Below, one piece after another: positions 58,709-64,000 of a stretch of 64,000 nucleotides of DNA. This DNA comes from Hyaloraphidium curvatum SAG 235-1 (lineage: Eukaryota > Fungi > Monoblepharomycota), in assembly GCA_025558095.1 (NCBI GenBank), contig JAIVFI010000009.1, positions 558,001-622,000 of the forward strand, read 5' to 3'. Numbering within the stretch: position 1 is the stretch's first letter; each line of letters starts with the position of its first letter. The position numbers and the translations under genes were made by a program. Under the pieces are notes generated by a model. It worked only from the letters and a program-made list of their open reading frames with translations. It searched no databases and was not told the DNA's origin.

Positions 58709-59398
58709 ATGATGTCCCCCCATGCGCCGCGGCCGCAGCCATCGCGGATCGTCGACCTGTCTTTCGAGATCCACACCGGGATGATGGTCTATCCCGGTGA
58801 CCCGGAGGTCGAGATTTCCCAGGCACTCACCGTCGGCAAGGACGGCGTCAACGTGCTCCGCGTGCACATGGGCAGCCAGAGCGGGACGCACCTCGACTCG
58901 CCGTACCACGTCGACGATTCGTTCGCCAAGCTGGACGAGCTCCCGCTGGACAGGTTCCTCGGCCGGGCGGTGGTCGTCGACGCGCGCGCCTACTCGCGGG
59001 AGCGCAGCGAGATCCCCTGGGAGGCGTTTCGGCCGGTCGAGGCCGAGCTGGGGCCCGGCACCATCGTGCTGCTGCGGACCGACTGGTCCGACCGATACTT
59101 TGGCACGCACAAGTACCTTGCGCATCCTTACCCCTCGAGGGAGGCTATAGAGAGGCTGGTCGCGCTGGGGGTGCGGACCATCGGGCTGGACGTGCTCTCG
59201 CTGGACCGGACGCCGGACGGGGGGGACGATTTCTCGCTGGTGAACCACAAGGTGTTTGCCGAGCCGGGCGGGGTGATCGTCGAGAACATGACTAACCTGG
59301 GGGCGATCGACGCGCCGGGGGCGCTGGTGAGCGTGCTGCCGCTCAAGCTGGGACCTTCGGACGGGGCGCCGATCCGGGCGGTTGCGTTCTGGCCGTAG
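58709..59398 (+). CDS. Cyclase family metal-dependent hydrolase (kynurenine formamidase KynB-like)
   Basis: IVDLS..YPGDP, MGSQSGTHLDSPYH, VLLRTDW, IGLDVLSLD, VNH, IVENMTNL, DGAPIRAVA; intronless. Confidence 0.9.
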   Translation: MMSPHAPRPQPSRIVDLSFEIHTGMMVYPGDPEVEISQALTVGKDGVNVLRVHMGSQSGTHLDSPYHVDDSFAKLDELPLDRFLGRAVVVDARAYSRERSEIPWEAFRPVEAELGPGTIVLLRTDWSDRYFGTHKYLAHPYPSREAIERLVALGVRTIGLDVLSLDRTPDGGDDFSLVNHKVFAEPGGVIVENMTNLGAIDAPGALVSVLPLKLGPSDGAPIRAVAFWP

Positions 59399-59474
59399 CG
59401 AGTTTCACGGGCCGAGAGATGTATTATTGATGCGCCCGCCAGGCCAAAGACACCACGACTTGCCGCAACCCCGT

Positions 59475-61980
59475 CTACAGCTTCGCCTTGCCGCTCACGA
59501 TCTCCTGGTACTCCTTCCGGCCGAACGGAACGTACCCCTTGCCCTGTTCATACCAGTAGAGCGTGTCCTTGATGACCGCGGGGTCAATACCGTCCTTCTG
59601 CATCTCGACTTTGCGGTGCTTGAACGTGCCCGTGATCTCCATCTCGGGCTGCACGCGGATGAAGATCGGAACCGCGTCTGCTCATTGTCGTCAGCCAAAT
59701 GCTCCTGCGCCCAACACAACGTCACCACCCACACTTGGGGAGCTTCTCCCCGGCAAACACGCCCAGGCTCGCCATGTTCTCGCGCTCGTTGGCCCGCGCC
59801 TCGGGCTTCAGCGTGATCGCGGCCATGCCTGCGCGCCCGTCGTCCCACCCGGGGACCTTGACCCCGTACACGTTGGCCTCCTGCACCGCGGGGTGCTCCA
59901 TGAGCACGTTGCCGACTTCCATCGTGCTGACGTTCTCGCCGCGCCAGCGGAACGTGTCGCCGACTGCGGAGCAGCCAAAGGTCAGACACTGTTGGCCCAA
60001 GCTGGGTGGTGAACCCACTGCGGTCGACGAAGTAGAGGTATCCGTTCTTGTCACGCTTCATAAGGTCGCCCATTCGGAAGTATTTGCTGTCATTAGAAGG
60101 CACGTTGAGCATGGAAACATCTAGAGCGATGAGACTAAGACACCCACTCTCCCTTGACGAACACGTCTTTCAAGATCTTCTTGTCGTTCGCCTTCTGGTC
60201 GCCTAGGTACCCTTTGAAAGTCGCCGACTTGAACGGGTTGTCGTCGCCCTCCTTGAGCAGGCCCACGACCTCGCCGGGCTCGTCGGGCGCGGCATCGATG
60301 CAGAAGCCCGTCTTGGGGTCCCGCACGGGCTCCTCGGTGTCCACGTCGAACTTGAGCAGACGGACCTGCTTCACCAGAGCGCGCTGCAGCGGGCCGGCGT
60401 GCGACACACTGCCGAAGCCCTCTTCTTGCCCGGCGTACTTGATCATGCCGCTGGCGTTCTGCGGAACCCGTCGTCGGCGGATTCCAACCATATCACAGGA
60501 AAACACCCACGCCCTCGGTCGACCCGTAGAACTCCAGGATCACGGGCTTGTTGAAGCGCTCGTAGAACTGCTTCCAGATGTCGGCACGCAGCCCGTTGCC
60601 GATGACGAACTCGACCTTGTGCTTCTTGTCCCATTCCGAGGGGGGGGTCGCGAGGAGGTAGCGGCAGATCTCTCCTATGAACATCATCGAGAGGCATCAG
60701 ACGGTCGCACCACTGGACAGGACGATGGAACCACGGACCGATATACATGTGCCCCGTCGCCCCTGACTCTGCGCACTCCCGGTAGAAGTTGCGAGCCGAG
60801 AAGCGCCGGCCGATCGCGAGCGCGCCACCATTCTTAAACCTGGGCGCGCGCTGGGATCAGCGAATGACAGCACTACGAGTCGCGATGAATCCTCACGCGA
60901 GGAAGAAGGCCATGAGGCCGGCCGAGTGGTAGAGCGGCTGAGGGCAGTAGATGACGTCGCCGAGGCGCGGGTAGCCCGTCATGGTGGAGATCGACATGGA
61001 GAGCATGTTCAGCCGGTTCTGGGTGACCAATGCCGCCTTCGGAAGTCCAGTAGTTCCGGAGGTGTCTGTTCCAACCAAGTCAGAGATGCGAGCAAGGACG
61101 GTGGGGTCGAGACCCACAGATGATCATGCCCGTGTCGTCCCAGTCGATCCCGCGGCGGATCTCGCGGTCGATGGGAGCGTCCGAGTAGTGCCCGACCGAG
61201 CTCATGCTGATCGCCGAAGCGCCGATCGACGCCTCGGGCGTGCCGGTGGTCCACTGGAACGATCTGATCCCAAGCTCCTTGAGCTCCGACGCGATCTCGG
61301 CGGCGGTGGGCGCCTCGTCGTCCCCGAGGATCAGGAAGCGCGGGCGGACGATGGTGAGGCAGTGGGCCAGCGCCTTGCCGCGAAGGTTGAAGTTCTGCAT
61401 CGCGGGGACTGCGCCAACTTTCCAGAGAGCCAAAACATGGAAGAGAATCTCGGGCTTGTTCTCGAACAGGAGGGCAACGTTCTCCATCGGCTTGACGCCA
61501 AGCGCGAGATAGAAGTGTGCCAGCCGGTTGGTGACTGGAGGATGCCGTCACGATCGGCAATGAAGGTCAGTCCGAGCCAGGTGAGGGAGGCAGTCGAGAC
61601 GGAATGATAAGCAGTTCAAGCCGCCACAGCCAAACCGCAATGAGAAGCAGTGCGAGCAGCAATTAGAGGTACGGAGACAGATAATGACGGCGAAACGCAC
61701 TCTTGTCGACCTCCTCATAGGTCCACGAGGTCCACTGCCCGGAAGCTTCGTCCCGCGCAACAATGACCTTATTTTTCGGGTACTTGGCCGCGGTCTCGAG
61801 GAAACGTTCGATGACGCACTTGAGGCCGGCCTTGTCGTACGCCGTCACGGTCCTCTGCAGGCCCAGGCCGGCCGCAATGGTCTTGACGTCGCGCGAGATG
61901 TAGTAACGCGCGTCGAGGAAGGCCGCGCCCAGCAGGCCCGCCGCGGCGAGGCCGAGCTTGCCGCCGGGGAAGTTGGACAT
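59475..61980 (-). CDS. FAT1: Fatty-acid transport protein / very-long-chain acyl-CoA synthetase; PTS1 -AKL
   Basis: [80 protein letters not shown]; about 8 introns; ends GKAKL*. Confidence 0.93.
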
Positions 61981-62401
61981 TCTGCGGCGGGACGCGCGGG
62001 CGTCGGAGGGCGATTGGCGAGACGAGAGTCCAGGAGACGCGCGTCGTGCAAGGGCAGCTCGATCAAACGAGATTTAGCCGCGATCTTTGCGCGCGAGAGC
62101 TTCAATGACCGCATACAAGACTGCCGACCTCAAAGCCTCTCCGGTCCTTTATCAACGTTGCGGATTGTCCCGTCCTTGGAGGAGAAGGGGGTAGGCGCTG
62201 CACAGCGATCGCGGGAGTGAAACGAGGTGTAGACCACGATCCTGGGGCTCCTGCTGTCGGCGATGCTGCGGCCAGTAGCATCCATTCAACAAAGAGCGCG
62301 TTCGATATGCAGATCAGATCTTCGAAGTTTCACTTCCTACTTCGCAGGCCTCTCCCCATCACTCGTTTGTCGCTCACTCTCACTCGCACCGAAAACCAGA
62401 A

Positions 62402-63403
62402 ATGGACTTCGCCCGCCACCCCGCCGCCTGGCGCGGCCGGGAACTTGCAAAAGATCACTCGTGGGAATACCGCTTCGGCGCTGCCGAGCTCTCGGAGCTC
62501 CATGCCGCAGCCCTCGCACTCGTCTCCCGCACACCGTCTCCCAACCTCGCGCACCTCCGGCCCTCCGACGCGCCCCTACCGCTCCTCGAGCCCCGGTTGG
62601 CCGAATGGAGGTCGACGCTCCTGTCGGGCCGCGGCTTCGTGCTCCTCAGAGGGGTCCCCGTGGATTCCTGGCCGCGCAAAGTGGTCGAGTCGGCCTACCT
62701 CGCCCTAGGCGCCCACCTGGGCTCCTTTGTCCCGCAGAACTCCAACGGGGACCTGCTCGGACACGTCAAGGACGACGGGTCGGACCCGAACGATCCGACG
62801 GTCAGGAGATACAGAACGAGGGAGCCGCAGCCGTACCACGTCGACGGATCGGATGCTGTGGGGCTCCTGTGCCTCGTTCCTGCAAAGTCCGGCGGCAAGT
62901 CCAGCATCGTTTCGTCGGTCGAGATCTACAACGAAGTCGCGAGGAAGAGGCCGGATCTGATGGACTTGCTCCGCGTTCCGTACTACTTTGATTCCTACGG
63001 GCAGAATGCGCCCGGCACCGATCCATGGTTCACCACGCCGCTTTTCGTCGGCACAAAGGACGCATTCCGGTTCTTTTACGTGAGGTGGTACATCGACAAG
63101 GCGCAGGGAAACCCACGCGTGCCGAGGCTGAGCAAGAAGCAGGTCGAGCTTTTGGACCTCATCGATGCGCTGGCTGCGAGCGATGAGCTGCGGCTGGACA
63201 TGGATTTCGCACCGGGGGACATTCAGCTGGTTTCAAACAGGGTCGTTCTGCATGCGAGGGAGGGCTACGAGGATTGGGAAGAGCCCGAGAGGAAGAGGCA
63301 CCTGCTGAGGCTGTGGCTGGCGATGGATGATAAGAATGCGGCGCCAGAGAGTTTCGACGACGTGATTCCGGGAGCTCCCGAGCCCACAAAGAGTAAAATG
63401 TGA
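62402..63403 (+). CDS. TauD/TfdA-family Fe(II)/2-oxoglutarate dioxygenase; PTS1-like -SKM
   Basis: GRGFVLLRG, QNSNGDLLGHVKD, YHVDGSDAVGLLCL (HxD), GDIQLVSNRVVLHAR (distal H), RHLLRLWL; intronless; ends KSKM*. Confidence 0.9.
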   Translation: MDFARHPAAWRGRELAKDHSWEYRFGAAELSELHAAALALVSRTPSPNLAHLRPSDAPLPLLEPRLAEWRSTLLSGRGFVLLRGVPVDSWPRKVVESAYLALGAHLGSFVPQNSNGDLLGHVKDDGSDPNDPTVRRYRTREPQPYHVDGSDAVGLLCLVPAKSGGKSSIVSSVEIYNEVARKRPDLMDLLRVPYYFDSYGQNAPGTDPWFTTPLFVGTKDAFRFFYVRWYIDKAQGNPRVPRLSKKQVELLDLIDALAASDELRLDMDFAPGDIQLVSNRVVLHAREGYEDWEEPERKRHLLRLWLAMDDKNAAPESFDDVIPGAPEPTKSKM

Positions 63404-63562
63404 CGGGCAAAAGTGCAGCAGAATGCAAACAGCGAAGTCTAGATCTATATTTCTTAGCCACCAGCTTTGCATCCGGGATCCAACTGATGAGTACGTCGAG
63501 CGGCCAACGCAGCAGAACAACGATGCCCCTGACGACAAGTCGGCCTCGGGCGACAACGATGG

Positions 63563-63607
63563 GGCGTTCGACGACGAGGCGTTCGACGACGAGGCGTTCG
63601 ACGATGA
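63563..63607. repeat. Tandem repeat, 3 x 15 bp (GGCGTTCGACGAYGA)
   Basis: Direct inspection: units at 63563, 63578 and 63593. Confidence 0.85.
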
Positions 63608-64000
63608 GGTGAGCAGACCTGCTGCTGGGGCTGGCTTGGCATCGCCATTCATTCGCCGCTCCAATTCCATCACTTGCCCGACGTTGACCAGTCCATCAAT
63701 CAAGACGCTGGGTCCCTGAACAGCGATGGACAGGTGGAAGCCGGCCCTGGTGCAGTTGCGCCGCGCCGGAGCCAACGGCTTTCGAGCGTCACCGTGCGTT
63801 ACAACTTTGACGAGGGCGAAGATTTCGAAGACGGTTGGTTTTGAAGCGTTGGTCTTTTGCTGCCTGCTGACCTGGTCAATTCGGCAGACTGATAGCATCA
63901 TACATTTGGCTAGACTGCGGCACCGAAATGATACACCTTATTGCTTAGACGATGCCATTGCTTAGACGACCCTTTAGTAGCCATATATAGCATGTCATTC

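Noticed and set aside
60675-60750. FAT1 intron whose 3' end translates MMFIG, mimicking the preceding exon end MYIG
   Set aside because: Canonical GT-AG splicing gives YIGEICRY; the nucleotide similarity is too short to claim duplication-derived intron gain.
63404-64000. ORFs 63233-63901 (-) and 63423-63719 (+), the 15-bp repeat as a CRISPR-like array, and the TGCTTAGACGA duplication at 63942/63959
   Set aside because: The repeats are contiguous without spacers, and no cas or transposase signature is present. The ORFs lack motifs; this is probably intergenic or degenerate sequence.

Overview
GC-rich, very gene-dense eukaryotic DNA with short spliceosomal introns (about 50-90 nt; GT..AG, CTGAC/CTAAC-like branch sites). 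Gene content (GFA1, V-ATPase a, RTC5, FAT1, SPC24, plus REX1-B, ECHDC1-like and fucokinase genes) suggests an early-diverging, chytrid-grade fungus; this is inference. I reconstructed about 36 protein-coding genes by joining exons by hand. Most ORFs in the supplied track are GC-driven shadow frames or exon fragments. I saw no rRNA, tRNA, CRISPR array or recognisable transposon. Housekeeping genes: RNA Pol I largest subunit, TRM9, V-ATPase a, CaMK, APE4, TRAPPC2L, RTC5, GFA1, SPC24, FAT1. Most notable observations: (i) a 7-TM orphan with a gustatory-receptor-like (GRL) C-terminus; (ii) four enzymes with peroxisomal PTS1-type ends within 17 kb, including a head-to-head acyl-CoA ligase / Fe-2OG dioxygenase pair; (iii) a TEX264-like small membrane protein with a C-terminal Atg8-interacting motif; (iv) a CYTH/TTM3-like protein lacking its catalytic residues; (v) a type II membrane, apparently lumenal CX5R phosphatase; (vi) a V-ATPase a N-terminal extension carrying sorting motifs; (vii) a mitochondrial hemerythrin-like protein, a stand-alone fucokinase, a plant-like ALMT, a divergent GFA1, GC-AG introns and several bacterial-type enzymes. 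All family calls rest on motif recognition by eye; no database searches were run.
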